64,000 nt of DNA from assembly GCF_963921235.1 (NCBI RefSeq), contig NC_086103.1, positions 4,836,001 to 4,900,000 of the forward strand. Reading direction: 5' to 3'. The position numbers and the translations under genes were made by a program. The stretch is from Mobula hypostoma (lineage: Eukaryota). Of this stretch, positions 10,053 through 22,567 are shown piece after piece. How positions within the stretch are numbered: the first letter of the stretch is position 1; each line of letters begins with the position of its first letter. The notes beneath the pieces are model-generated. The model searched no databases. It was given only the letters and a program-made list of their open reading frames with translations, and was not told the DNA's origin.

Positions 10053-12080
10053 TAGAAACATAGAAACATAGAGAATAGGTGCAGGAGTAGGCCATTCGAC
10101 CCTTCGAGCCTGCACCGCCATTTATTATGATCATGGCTGATCATCCAACTCAGAACCCAGCCTTCCCTCCATACCCCCTGACCCCTGTAGCCACAAGGGC
10201 CATATCTAACTCCCTCTTAAATATAGCTAATGAACTGGCCTCAACAGTTTGCTGTGGCAGAGAATTCCACAGATTCACCACTCTCTGTGTGAAGAAATTT
10301 TTCCTAACCTCGGTCCTAAAAGGCTTCCCCTCTATCCTCAAACTGTGACCCCTCGTTCTAGACCTCCCCAACATCGGGAACAATCTTCCCGCATCTAGCC
10401 TGTCCAATCCCTTTAGGATCTTATACGTTTCAATCAGATCCCCCCTCAATCTTCTAAATTCCAACGAGTACAAGCCCAGTTCATCCAGTCTTTCTTCATA
10501 TGAAAGACCTGCCATCCCAGGAATCAATCTGGTGAACCTTCTTTGTACTCCCTCTATGGCAAAGATGTCTTTCCTCAGATTAGGGGACCAAAACTGCACA
10601 CAATACTCCAGGTGTGGTCTCACCAAGGCCTTGTACAACTGCAGTAGTACCTCCCTGCTCCTGTACTCGAATCCTCTCGCTATAAATGCCAGCATACCGT
10701 TCGCCTTTTTCACCGCCTGCTGTACCTGCATGCCCACTTTCAATGACTGGTGTATAATGACACCCAGGTCTCGTTGCACCTCCCCTTTTCCTAATCGGCC
10801 ACCATTCAGATAATAATCTGTTTTCCTATTTTTGCCACCAAAGTGGATAACTTCACATTTATCCACATTAAATTGCATCTGCCATGAGTTTGCCCACTCA
10901 CCCAACCTATCCAAGTCACCCTGCATCCTCTTAGCATCCTCCTCACTGCTAACACTGCCACCCAGCTTCGTGTCATCCGCAAACTTGGAGATGCTGCATT
11001 TAATTCCCTCATCCAAGTCATTAATATATATTGTAAACAACTGGGGTCCCAGCACTGAGCCTTGCGGTACCCCACTAGTCACCGCCTGCCATTCTGAAAA
11101 GGTCCCATTTATTCCCACTCTTTGCTTCCTGTCTGCTAACCAATTCTCCACCCACACCAATACCTTACCCCCAATACCGTGTGCTTTAAGTTTGCACACT
11201 AATCTCCTGTGTGGGACCTTGTCAAAAGCCTTTTGAAAATCCAAATATACCACATCCACTGGTTCTCCCCTATCCACTCTACTAGTTACATCCTCAAAAA
11301 ATTCTATGAGATTCGTCAGACATGATTTTCCTTTCACAAATCCATGCTGACTTTGTCCGATCATTTCACCGCTTTCCAAATGTGCTGTTATCACATCCTT
11401 GTTAACTGACTCCAGCAGTTTCCCCACCACTGACGTTAGGCTAACCGGCCTATAATTCCCCGGTTTCTCTCTCCCTCCTTTTTTAAAAAGTGGGGTTACA
11501 TTAGCCACCCTCCAATCCTCAGGAACTAGTCCAGAATCTAACGAGTTTTGAAAAATTATCACTAATGCATCCACTATTTCTTGGGCCACTTCCTTAAGCA
11601 CTCTGGGATGCAGACCATCTGGCCCTGGGGATTTATCTGCCTTCAATCCCTTCAATTTACCTAACACCACTTCCCTACTAACATGTATTTCGCTCAGTTC
11701 CTCCATCTCACTGGACCCTCTGTCCCTTACTATTTCTGGAAGATTATTTATGTCCTCCTTAGTGAAGACAGAACCAAAGTAATTATTCAATTGGTCTGCC
11801 ATGTCCTTGCTCCCCATAATCAATTCACCTGTTTCTGTTTGCAGGGGACCTACATTTGTCTTTATCAGTCTTTTCCTTTTTACATATCTATAAAAGCTTT
11901 TACAGTCCGTTTTTATGTTCTCTGCCAGTTTTCTCTCATAATCTTTTTTCCCCTTCCTAATTAAGCCCTTTGTCCTCCTCTGCTGAACTCTGAATTTCTC
12001 CCAGTCCTCAGGTGAGCCACTTTCTCTGGCTAATTTGTATGCTACTTCTTTGGAATTGATACTATCCCTAATTTCTCTTG
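10053..12080 (-). mobile_element. Young 5'-truncated CR1 (HER1-like) LINE
   Basis: Uninterrupted RT frame, CR1 3'UTR and (TATGTTTC)n tail at 10053-10072. Confidence 0.95.
10150..12078 (-). CDS. CR1 ORF2 reverse transcriptase, 5'-truncated with no native start
   Basis: KSPGPDG, NYRPVSLT, QHGF, YLDFQKAFDKVPH, GVPQGSVLGP, KFADD; the frame stays open from the ORF-track start (11823) up to the truncation point. Confidence 0.85.
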   Translation of the reverse strand, partial: REIRDSINSKEVAYKLARESGSPEDWEKFRVQQRRTKGLIRKGKKDYERKLAENIKTDCKSFYRYVKRKRLIKTNVGPLQTETGELIMGSKDMADQLNNYFGSVFTKEDINNLPEIVRDRGSSEMEELSEIHVSREVVLGKLKGLKADKSPGPDGLHPRVLKEVAQEIVDALVIIFQNSLDSGLVPEDWRVANVTPLFKKGGREKPGNYRPVSLTSVVGKLLESVNKDVITAHLESGEMIGQSQHGFVKGKSCLTNLIEFFEDVTSRVDRGEPVDVVYLDFQKAFDKVPHRRLVCKLKAHGIGGKVLVWVENWLADRKQRVGINGTFSEWQAVTSGVPQGSVLGPQLFTIYINDLDEGIKCSISKFADDTKLGGSVSSEEDAKRMQGDLDRLGEWANSWQMQFNVDKCEVIHFGGKNRKTDYYLNGGRLGKGEVQRDLGVIIHQSLKVGMQVQQAVKKANGMLAFIARGFEYRSREVLLQLYKALVRPHLEYCVQFWSPNLRKDIFAIEGVQRRFTRLIPGMAGLSYEERLDELGLYSLEFRRLRGDLIETYKILKGLDRLDAGRLFPMLGRSRTRGHSLRIEGKPFRTEVRKNFFTQRVVNLWNSLPQQTVEASSLAIFKRELDMALVATGVRGYGGKAGF

Positions 12081-13134
12081 ACTGGAAAGATAGAGGAAAG
12101 ATAGACAGTAATAAAAAGGTGGAGGGAAGGGTGGAGCAAGGTGATAGGTGGATCCAGGTGAGGGAGTTGATAGGTAGATGGGGGAGGAGGAAAGTGGGAA
12201 CGATGTAAGAACTTGGGAGCTGTTATGTAGAAGTGAAAAAGGGCCGAAAAGATGGAATCTGACATGCTCATGACAGTCATCTTTGCTGAAAAGCACAGCA
12301 GTGGATGAGAAGTGCAAAACAAATATTCCTCAGCACATTAGCACTCCATTGTTGCACTAAGACGTATGACCATTTGCCAGCACAGTTGTGCTCCCACCCA
12401 TCCCAGAATCACATATTTGATCTGTGATGGTATTGGATTAGGTGACTGCTATGTTCTAAACTCAAACAAAGATCATAAACCCTATCGGATATCAATAGCC
12501 ACAAATACTCTCACTAAAGGGAGATTATGATGTAACTACCCAATCTTCAAAGACAGCCTGCCAATAACAACTACGAGAGTGGTGGGTCCCCTCTCCCTAC
12601 CAAGGAGAAGATACTTCCAACTAACAAAATAGTTTAAAACACAGTTCATTTTTGATTAAATTCAGAACACATTCTTAAAATATATTGAAAACACACAGAA
12701 GATTTCTATCTTATAAAACACAAAGGTTTTCCAAAACTGGGGTACAAATTCTATAAGCTAAAACCACATACCCTTGAGCCACAGATGAACCAGTCATCTG
12801 TTGCAGAAATCGAAGGCAGAGGAACGGATTCTAGTCACCCGGTGCTTCTGTCATGTTTTGAAGTTCCTGGAGACCATTGCTAATAAGCCTGAGCTGCTGT
12901 CTTCATTTATACTCTTTTCTGCCACTTGGGTGACTTCACACACATTTGATTATTTTTCAGATTCCCTTTAACGCAGGCAGTCTAAAAGCTTCTGGAGACA
13001 CATTTCCCAGGTACCCACCATTAATGCTGTGAAGCTAACTCTATGTGTACACAAACTACTCAGTTTAGTAATAGATCAGCTAATAATTTGCTGATTTGGT
13101 GACAGGATGCAGAACTGTACCTTCCAAACACTTT

Positions 13135-13462
13135 TTCCTTCTGCTATTCTGCAGGTCACCTTTAGGCAAGGTGTAGCACCTGCTTAGTCCCCTGATCAGG
13201 GTCATGTGAAGCCAGGGGAGCAGGTGGTGGATGGTCATATGAGCAGCTGGTACAGATCACAAGGCCTGGTTATGTGACCACTGATGCCAGGCAGACAATT
13301 TCTAAAGGGTACTGATAATGGCTGGGGTCATCTATCTTGTAAAGACTCTGCCCAGAAGAAGACAATGGCAAATCATTTCTGTAGAAAAAATTGCCAAGAA
13401 CATTCATGGTCATGAGACCATAATTGCCTATGTCATACAACATGGCATAAAATGATGATGAT
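13135..13462 (+). mobile_element. RTE-related SINE-like element
   Basis: GAAGACAATGGCAAATCATTTCTGTAGAAAAAATTGCCAAGA resembles the RTE/BovB-derived motif of Bov-A/Sauria SINEs; (TGA)n tail. Confidence 0.55.
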
Positions 13463-14176
13463 AATAATTGATATGCTAAATGATAATTTTAATCTGATCT
13501 GCAAGCTTCTTTGAACTAAACAACTTATCCGGTCTTGTCTAATTTGAAACAAGTCAAATTACATAACCCATTGTCTTATACTGCTCTTCTTGAGCAATTA
13601 ACCTAGGTGTTGTGGGGCCAGCATCTGCTCTATAGATAGTGCTTGTTTGCAAAGTTGTCTTTTTAACTTCAAACTGATTACTGCTTCCACTTACATTGAG
13701 AAATGCAGATTTGCTCATGTTTGTGATCACAAGCTAAACAAAAGATATTAGTTAGAAGTTTAACTTATTCAGAAACAACTCACAGCTGCTGTGTTTAGAA
13801 AGCGGAGCTTGGAAACAAAAGAGGACCCCTGGCCCAGTACAGTGAATATCTGTCACAGATCACACTTGTGTGGCAATTCAGTATGTTCTGGGTGGGGAAG
13901 ATCTTTGATTATGTTGGCAGCCTTACTGAGACAGCTAGAGGTGTAAATGAAGTCCACAGAGGGGAGGCCGGTATCTGTGGTGCTCACAGCTCTCTGCAGT
14001 TACAGGCAGAGTAGCTGCCATGGCAAGCAGTGAGATGCATCCAGATAGGACGCACTCTATGGTACCTTTCTACGTGTGTTGGTATATCTGACCGAATAAA
14101 CCAATCCCAAGATCTGAGTGAATCTCTTCTGCACTCTCACTACTATTACTGCCTCCTTTGTGGGTCGATTTATTTT

Positions 14177-14460
14177 TTATTTATCTAGAGATGCAACACA
14201 GCACAGGCCCTTCCAGCCCATTGAGGCACACTGCCATTCTGGTGCATTTGATTTAAATTTAACAATTGCAATGACCAAGTAATCTACTACCCAGTACATC
14301 TTTAGACTGGTGAGAAGAAACCAGAGAACCCGGAGGAAATCCATGTGGTCACGGAGAGAATGTACCAACTCCTTACAGACTACACTAGAACTGAACTTCA
14401 AGCTCTGATGCCCCAAGCTGTAATAGCGTTATGTTAACAGCTGCACTGCCATGGCACCCT
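14177..14460 (-). mobile_element. V-SINE-like copy with CR1-type tail
   Basis: Reverse-complement V domain GAAACCAGAGAACCCGGAGGAAATCCATGTGGTCACGG...AACTCCTTACAGAC. Confidence 0.7.
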
Positions 14461-15559
14461 GATAGAGTCCATGGCAAGGGAGCTGGTATACATGATATGC
14501 TGAGCTGTTTCCACAACACTCTGCAGTTTCATGTGGTCACAGGCAGAACAGTTGACATAACAGCAGTTGCCGTACACCTTGACTGACACTGTTTCCAATT
14601 CAAAGGGCTTCGTGTCACTAATCCTAAGAGAGTGTGTGATTGGACACACCATTGCCATAGCAATATGAGCTGCCATTCAGCAAATAAGGGATGGGAATAT
14701 ACAGAGGAGTTGACAAGGATGAATGATAAGGGTAGGGTAGTGGATATTGTCTATACGGACTTTTGTATTGAAATTGGAATTGTTTATTATTCAGAGCCTT
14801 CTACTGTAAAACCTCTTAGGAGTCTTTGGAGTTTGGGAGGAACAAGATATGGTAAGGCTAGTACACAAAATGCTGGAGGAACTGAGCAGGTCAGGCAGCA
14901 TCTGCAGAGGGAAATAACTTGTCGAGATTTCAGGCCAAAACACTTCAGAACGTCCGGTGATGTGCTGAGCTGTGTCCACAACTCTCTGTAGTTTCTTTCA
15001 GTCAAGGACAGAGCCTTGTTGACTTCCTCCAGCTTTTTGTGTATGTTGCACAAGAATTCCAGCATCTTCAGATCTCTGGTGTTTAAGGCTAATCCATTGA
15101 ACATTTTTCCCTTGTTGAAGTTGGTTGTGCTGTAAATGTGATACTGGAAGCAAATTCCATCTGCCCATCAGCAATGAGCAATTGCTTTTGAAAGTAGTTC
15201 TTCACTCATCAGTCTGCATCCTGAAACCTACAGTGCCGGGATCAAGCAGGTTAAAGTTCTGACCCCAGGAACACTATGGGACTGCAAATATTTCTAGCCT
15301 ATTTTTCCTTTCAGTGAAGTTTGTTATATGTGTCCTGTTTTACAGTCTCCACAGGACAGCATGGTAAGTAGTGATAAGCACAACATTTTACAGTACCAGT
15401 GACACAGGTTCATTTCCCACGGCTGCCTGTCAGGGGTTTAAATATGCTCTCCGTGACCATCTGGTTTTCTTCTGGGTGCCCCGGTTTCCTCCCACAGTCA
15501 TTGTAATTATCCCATGATTAGGCTAGGACTAAATCAGGGGACTGCTGGGCAGTGTGGCT

Positions 15560-16025
15560 CATAGTCATAGTCATATTTTATTGATCCCGAGGGAAATTGG
15601 TTTTTGTTACAGTTGCACCATAAATAATTAGATAGTAATAAAACCATAAATAATTAAATAGTAATATTTAAATTATGCCAGGAAATAGTCCAGGACCAGC
15701 CTATTGGCTCAGGGTGTCTGACCCTCCAAGGCAGGAGTTGTAAAGTTTGATGATCACAGGCAGGAATGACTTCCTATGACGCTCTGTGTTGCATCTCGGT
15801 GGAATGAGTCTCTGGCTGAATGTACTCCTGTGCCCACCCAGTACATTATGTAGTGGATGGGAGACATTGTCCAAGATGGCATGCAACTTGGACAGCATCC
15901 TCTTTTCAGACACCACCGTCAGAGAGTCCAGTTCCATCCCCACAACATCACTGACCTTACGAATGAGTTTGTTGATTCTGTTGGTGTCTGCTACCGTCAG
16001 CCTGCTGCCCCAGCACACAACAGCA
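15560..16025 (-). mobile_element. Rex1/Babar 3' fragment, same subfamily as 6826-7641
   Basis: ORF 15701-16063 is nearly identical to the C-terminal half of ORF 6790-7515; same tail. Confidence 0.9.
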
Positions 16026-16209
16026 GGGGCAGCAGGCTGAGGGACAGAAGAGCTGTATGTCAATAACTTTTTTTTTAATTCGCTGGCGAAAGAGCATCAA
16101 ATACGCAGCAGAGTTTAAAAGGAAAATGAAAAGACTACAAAGTTCACTGATACACTTTCCTGATTAACAGATAAGAAAAGTGGGACTTTGTTCATGAAAT
16201 ACAAGATTT

Positions 16210-16750
16210 GAAAACTAGTCTGCACAAAGCTGTCCATCTCACTCTCTCTCACTCGCTGCTCCCAGAGGAAAGTGTCTGTGTACGAACAGTCTCTCTACCC
16301 CTCTCGCTCAATACTGCTGGTCTCCATGGGCCTTGCACAAGGTTTAATCGATGTGGTTTGTGGAATGAAATATGTAGTTCACACTATGATGTGTTTCTTG
16401 TTTCTAGACTTCTCTCTTTTTGTTGCTGTTGTGTGCGATTCCAATTGGGGAAGACTAGATCTCTGGCCTGCAGGAGGCAAGAGACATGGCACTGGATTGA
16501 ACTGAACTGAGCTGAACTGAATATGCCTGGTCTCTTTTGATGTCTTTTTGATAGTGTTTTGCATTCTGTATTCCTTGTTTTTTTTTCTTGCCATTTGAGC
16601 AATTTGTTTTTTTGTATGTTGGGGGATTTGATGTTTTTCACTGAACAGGTTCCATCTTTTTTCTTTGTTTCTTGGCTGTCTGTGGAAGACAAATCTCTGG
16701 ATTGTATACTGCATACATACTTTAATAATAAATGTACTTTGAATCTTTGA
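16210..16750 (+). mobile_element. Non-autonomous retroposon (homologous copy at ~18540-19275)
   Basis: Shared body (TAGTTCACA.TATGATGTG.TTCT...GAATATGCCTGG.CTCTTTTGA) and tail GTTGTATACTGCATACATACTTT. Confidence 0.6.
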
Positions 16751-17254
16751 TTAGTTTTATTTGTTACATGTGCTGTGCAATGAAACATCCAAACATATAG
16801 GGAAACATGTTGTTTGCCTCAAATCAAAGCAGTGAGGATTGTGCTGGGCAGCCTGTAAATGTCACCACGCTTCTGGCACTAACATAGCATGCCCGCAACT
16901 CACTACCCCTAATTGTACCGATTTGAAGTAAGGGAGGAAACTAGAGCTTCCAGAGGAAACCCACACAGTCACAAGAAGAATGTAGAAACCCTTTGCAGAT
17001 ATTGTCAGAAATTGACACCCAATTTGCGATCGCTGTAAAACAATACACTAACCACTGCACTGCCATGCAACTGTCTGACAAACATCTAAGCTTCAGGTTT
17101 ATGTTTTGAGATTGTCCTCCCCAATTTTGAGTGCATACAGTTCCTCTAACTGCAACGATCAGAGATCTGAAGGCTTACAAAAGAAGAAGACGGCTTTACA
17201 TGGAACTTCATGGCAGCTAGATTGTGTAAAGTAAGATCCCACAAACTGAAGTAA

Positions 17255-17655
17255 GGGTGGGTTACTGGTTCCTTAAAACCAGTCTCTGAGCAAATGGGGC
17301 TCGTCAACCATGGTCAGCAGCTCATCTAGAAGGAAAACTTTGATCACAAACCTCCACTGCCTTGCAATTATGTCCACTCATGGGGAAAGCTTTGGGACTA
17401 AATCCCGAGCGAAATATCCGAAGCTGGAGTCGCTAAGGCAGTCGTACATGGAGTTCAATGCTGACTGGCAACTCCTGCAACACCGCTGGTGCCATACTGT
17501 ATCAGTCTCTGGTGTTCCTTTGGGTTAATCAAATGCATGGAGAGGGGGAGCTTGTTATATGGGCAACAGCTTGCTTTCCATATTGTACAGCCCTGGCTTG
17601 CACATCTAGACATCTAGGATGCAACACTCATAGTCGACCCTGACCAATGGAGGCC
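17255..17655 (+). mobile_element. Non-autonomous RTE-derived element
   Basis: GGGCTCGTC...GCAGCTCATCTAGAAGGAAAACT matches the 5'UTR motif of the RTE element at 35340-35385 (minus); body homologous to SINE 8345-8480. Confidence 0.6.
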
Positions 17656-17944
17656 AAAGTAGGTAGGTATTGTCCACATGGGATTAGCTCAAAATACTGT
17701 GAAGGTATCTTTTACATATACTTGAGAGAATACTTGGAGTCATTTTTATCTTCTTATTCAAAGACAACACGTCTGGTAGTGTGACAGTCCCTCAAAGCTG
17801 CCTTCAGCAGTTCAGAACATGGGAAGCCCTGTTGACCTCTAGGATGCTACCTGGATTAGGGTCGGTATCTTATGAGGAAAGGTTGAGCAGGCTAAGGCTT
17901 CTCTTTTCAGAGTAAAGGAGGATGAGAGGCAACTTGTTAGAGTT

Positions 17945-18076
17945 TATGGTAGAGGAAGGGAAGCCCCTTTCTTTGAAAAAGGAGGACATCTCCTTCATCC
18001 TGGAATGAAAAGCCTCATCCTGAGAGCAGATGTGGTGGAGGCAGAGGAATTGACAGAAGGGGGTGGCGTTTTACAA
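17945..18076 (-). pseudogene. Penelope RT C-terminal/linker fragment
   Basis: Translates to ATPFCQFLCLHHICSQDEAFHSRMKEMSSFFKERGFPS (PLE QFLR..RICS...F..RG(Y/F)P motif). Confidence 0.7.
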
Positions 18077-19554
18077 ATACAGTGAAACCCCGTTATAACG
18101 CGACCGTTTGGGTGAGAAGAGATAAGTTTTGGTGTACATGTGACAAACAATGCTAGTATTTCATCTTTTTCATTTATCTATCTCTTTACTTATTTGTGGT
18201 AAATTAAAGTAATATTTACATATTGCACTGTACTGCTATGATTAAACAACAAATTCCTGACATGCAATATATCAGTGATAATAAACCTGATCTGATTTGA
18301 TTCTCTTTTCCCTCCTGATTTCTCTCTTAAGTGTGTTCTTAATCTTTTTATACACTTCATGGGATTCACTCATCCCTAACCTCTTAGGATCAATGTGGTC
18401 AGGCTGGATCTTTGCTGCTCTCATCTCTGAAGTGGAAGTTCACTCGAAAAACAGAGTATTGAGTATTCAAGTCTAGTACCCACACTCCAGACGGTTCAGG
18501 AAATGACTTCTTTCACTTCCCTTATTTCTTTTTTTTCAAATGTGCTTCTGCTGCTGTTGTAGTCTGTGGTCTACATTTTGGCGGTATGTTTTCAGGCCGA
18601 TTGAGCGATTTGACGCTCTGCTATCTCTGAGGTTGTCCTGTGAGGCTTTGAATGAAGGGTCCAGCCTCGAGGCCAAGAAGCCTGGAGATGGGGCAGAAGC
18701 CCGTGATCAACTCCATCATCCACCAAGGAAGATTGAAATCATCAAGGCGAGTGTGGAGGGAAAGCGGGTGTTCAGTGCCATCTACCAGCACCTCGCTCGC
18801 TGCGGCTGGAGGAAAGGGTCTGTGTGTGATGGTCTCTCTCTCCGTCTTGCTCACCACTCCTGTAGGAAGTTCCCTGTGTCCAAATGATTTCTCTCTCCCT
18901 CGATGCTGTCGGAGGATGGTGCTGGAGTTCGGGCCTTGGGCAAGGTTTAACCAACCTGATCTGTGCATTGGACTCTGTAGTTCACATTATGATGTGCTTC
19001 TGGTTTCTGGTTGCTCCCTTTTTTGTTGTTATTTTTGGTGATTTTGAATCATAACAAACATTGAGTTGATATGAATATGCCTGGACTCTTTTGATTTGTG
19101 TTTGATATTCTGTGGTTTTCACTCTTTCTTGCCATTGGGGCCATTTGTTCCTTTTTTTGTGTGGTGGAGGGGGAGTTGTTATTTTTCTTTGAACATGTTC
19201 CATGGTTTCCTTTGTTTCATGGTGGTCTGTGGAGAAGGTGAATCTCAGGGTTGTATACTGCATACATACTTTGAAAAATGCCAGTCACTCCTGTTATTCA
19301 CCATGAAGAACGGGTGATTGAGGAATGCACCAAGGGGTAGGCTGGGTCTGTTGTCACCTGTCAATCATAACACTGAGAAAGAGGCATGAAATCAAGAGGT
19401 TCAGAAACTAAAATTCAGCAGGTGCTGTCAATCTGAGGTAAAACCACAAAAGGCAGGAAATATTCAGCAAGCCAGGTGCATTTGTGGCAGAGAGGAACTT
19501 GCGTTTCAGGCCCTTGACCATTCATTGGTGTTTGTCAGTCTTAGTCTGTTTAAG

Positions 19555-20310
19555 ATTCAAGCTTGTTTAATTCATTTCCAGTACACAAGTGTAAAGGAGA
19601 ACAAAATAATTGTTACTCCAGATCCGATGCAGCACCAAAGAAAAACAAAATAAATGTAAATACATAAGATAGCTTATATACATTGATTGATTGTCTATAA
19701 AGAGATGCGAGGCACAAGAGTGACTCTGACTGGAAATGATGAAGCAGCAGTGGTTGGGGGTGTGGAGGGGTGGGTTAGTGGGTGGAGGTGTTGATCAGCT
19801 TTACTGCTTGGGGAAATTAACTATTTTGAGTCTGGTAGTCCTGGCTTGGATGCTATGAAGCCTTCTCCATGATGGGAGCAGGACAAACAGTCCATGAGCA
19901 GGGTGGATAGGATCCTTAATGAGGTTACTGGCCCTTTTCCAGCACATTTTGTTCTTACATCCTGATGGCAGGTAGGGTGATGTGTTGGACATTTTTGACT
20001 ATCTATTGTGGAGCCTCCCTGTCTGCCGCAGTTCAGTTTCCGAACCGTGCTATGGTGCAACTTGTCAGGATGCTCTCTACCGCGCCTCTGTTGAAAGCTG
20101 TGATTATGGATGTGCATAGTCCAGTTCTCTTTGGCCTCCTCAGAAAGCTGTTGGTGAGGTTTCATGATTGTATGGAATATGTTCTGGGACCATGAGAGGT
20201 TCTACGAGATGTGCACTCTCAAGAGTTTGAAACTGGTCACAGTTTCCAATGGTGTGCCTCTGATGTAAAGTGGGGTGTGAGTGATGCAAGTTCTCCTGAA
20301 GTCGAGCTCT
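19555..20310 (-). mobile_element. Old Rex/Babar 3' half
   Basis: ASNLIKDPIHPAHGLFVLLPSWRRLHSIQARTTRLK in ORF 19801-19992. Confidence 0.75.
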
Positions 20311-22485
20311 TCCACCTGTAAACACCAACAAGAAAATGAGTCTCAAGGTAACATATACAGTATATACTTTAATAAAAATTTTACTTTGAACTTTGAACTC
20401 AAAGAGGTGAAAAAATGAATAGGAGATGGTATGCCTCATGAGACCTCGGCTGACAGATTGCACAGGCATACAATCCATAGGTTTCACCTATCAACTGGCA
20501 GCTTGTACCCCCTCCCACCTCGTTCTTATTCTGGCTTCTTCCCCTTTCCTTTTCAGTCTCAGACTGAAACATTGACTGTTTATCTTGCTCCATTGATGCT
20601 TCTTAAAATGCTGGAGGGACTCAGCAGGCCGTGTGTGCGTTGCTCTGGATTTCCAGCATCTGCAGAATCTCTTCTGTATACAACCTATATCACTTTTGTA
20701 AATTGCAATATTAGAGCTTAAAAATAATTGAATGTGTGTGTGGATACAACAAGTAGAAATGCTGAAGTAAGCCTTATTCAGTTTTACATTTATTTCCACT
20801 GGTCACATCGAGTGAGGTTTTCATCATTTTTGTCGCCAGTCTGCCAATGCAACATCTCTGCAGATTCCTAAATAGAACTCAGGTTATGATAGGTAAATCC
20901 AGTGTGAGTGAAGAGGCTATTCTGTCATCATATCTACCGTGTTATTAAATGACATCATTGCTATTCCTGGGCCTTGAGTTCACTTAACGAACTGTTCCCT
21001 ACACTTATTTAGGGCTTCAGCATAGTAACATGCCCAATTATACCTATTTGACCAATTAACCTGCTAAAGTGGGAGGAAAGGAGAGCACCTGGCGGAGACA
21101 CAGGGAGAACATATTGTAGAAACTGCTGGCAGAAAGCGGCGAGAATTAGTCCCCAGGTCACTGGCACTGTAATAGAGTTACTCTAACCACTAAGCTAATG
21201 TGCAGCCCTGTAATCCTGTAATATCCTCACTGTCCATAGGTGTTTCCTTGTTAGTCTGAGTATATTCAACAGCCTTTGGAGGCAAAGTACAATACCAACA
21301 TTGAAAAATCACTAGGATATGCACATGGATAAAGATAAAGATCAAGGTTAACTTTACCTGTCACACTGATGTCAAAACAAACAGTGTGATGTGTCATTTG
21401 TGTCAGATCAAATCAAATCAGCAAGGTTTGTGGTGGGCAGCCCACAAGCGTTGCCATACTTCTGGCGGCGACATACCCACATGGTCTTGTTCAATAGCAC
21501 AGCAGGTGTGATGGACTGAATGGCCTGTTCTTCTTTCAATCCCATCTCTTTTACACTGAATTTATGAACAGGTAGCCAGTAAAAATATGAAAATTCATAT
21601 CCCATCGACTTTCTTTAGGAACCTGCAGAGATTTTACATGCCCACAACACACAAACTCTAATCGCATATCTTTGGAATGAAGGAGGAAATCAGAACACCC
21701 GGAGGAAACCCATGCGGTCACGGGAAGCATATACAAATTCTATACAGACAGCAGTGGGAATTGAACCCCTGATCTGGCTGTTGTTTTAAATCATTACGCT
21801 AAACACTGCACTACCATACCCATCTGTGCAAGGTAGTCTTAGAGGGATATGGGTCAAACACATGTAAATGGGGGCAGCTGTGATGGGAATCTTGGTCAGC
21901 GTGGACGCGTTGCACTGAAAGATCTTCCTCTGAGTTATATTGCTCTATGACTATAATTATATAACTCAGAATCAGGGGTTCCCAACTGGGGTCCATGAAC
22001 CTCTTGCTTAATGGTATTGGTCCATGGCACAAGTTTGAAATGTTGCAAATGTAAAAAAAATGCTGGAAGACAGGGTATCTGGGAGGCGGCGGGGGGGGGA
22101 TGGGGAGAAGAGCAGAACAGGGGAGAGATTGGGGCTGCCAAGAGTTCACACCAGACAAGAATAAGTACGGATCTATTATTGTATTTTCTTGTAGATGTCT
22201 TTATGTAAATATTGGCATTTTTCTTTTCACTAGTTTTTGAAGTTTGATTTTTTTTATGCACCTAATAGTCACCCTTACACTAAAGTGTTAAGTGATGCCA
22301 GCCATTTTTTTCTTTGGTCATAACCCACATACTTGGGGAATTGCAAAAGATTGGGACATAACAAAGAAACTTTTCCTCATCTCTGAGCTGCCATCCTATC
22401 CTGAAATGATGTCCCACTGTTCGGAACCTTGAGAATTCACTGAGATCATTTCCTAGTCTTCCAACTCCAGTGAGTGTAGATCAGA

Positions 22486-22486
<1 letters not shown>

Positions 22487-22539
<53 letters not shown>

Positions 22540-22567
22540 TTATTTGTGTGTGTGAGAGAGAGAGAGA
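22487..22567. repeat. (GT)n/(GA)n microsatellite
   Basis: Direct observation. Confidence 0.95.

Larger units (their letters stand above)
9377..12262 (-). mobile_element. PLE terminus broken into three pieces (9377-9440, 10021-10052, 12081-12262) by two later LINE insertions
   Basis: The pieces concatenate into the PLE terminus seen intact at 38178-38640. Confidence 0.75.

Noticed and set aside
17150-17300. Second HDV-like ribozyme upstream of the RTE-derived element at 17255
   Set aside because: Only a simple ACTGGTT/AACCAGT hairpin; no P1/P2/P3 nest found
18078-18112. Tigger/pogo-like TIR start TACAGTGAAACCCCGTTATAACGCG
   Set aside because: About 30 bp with no partner TIR found; too short to call
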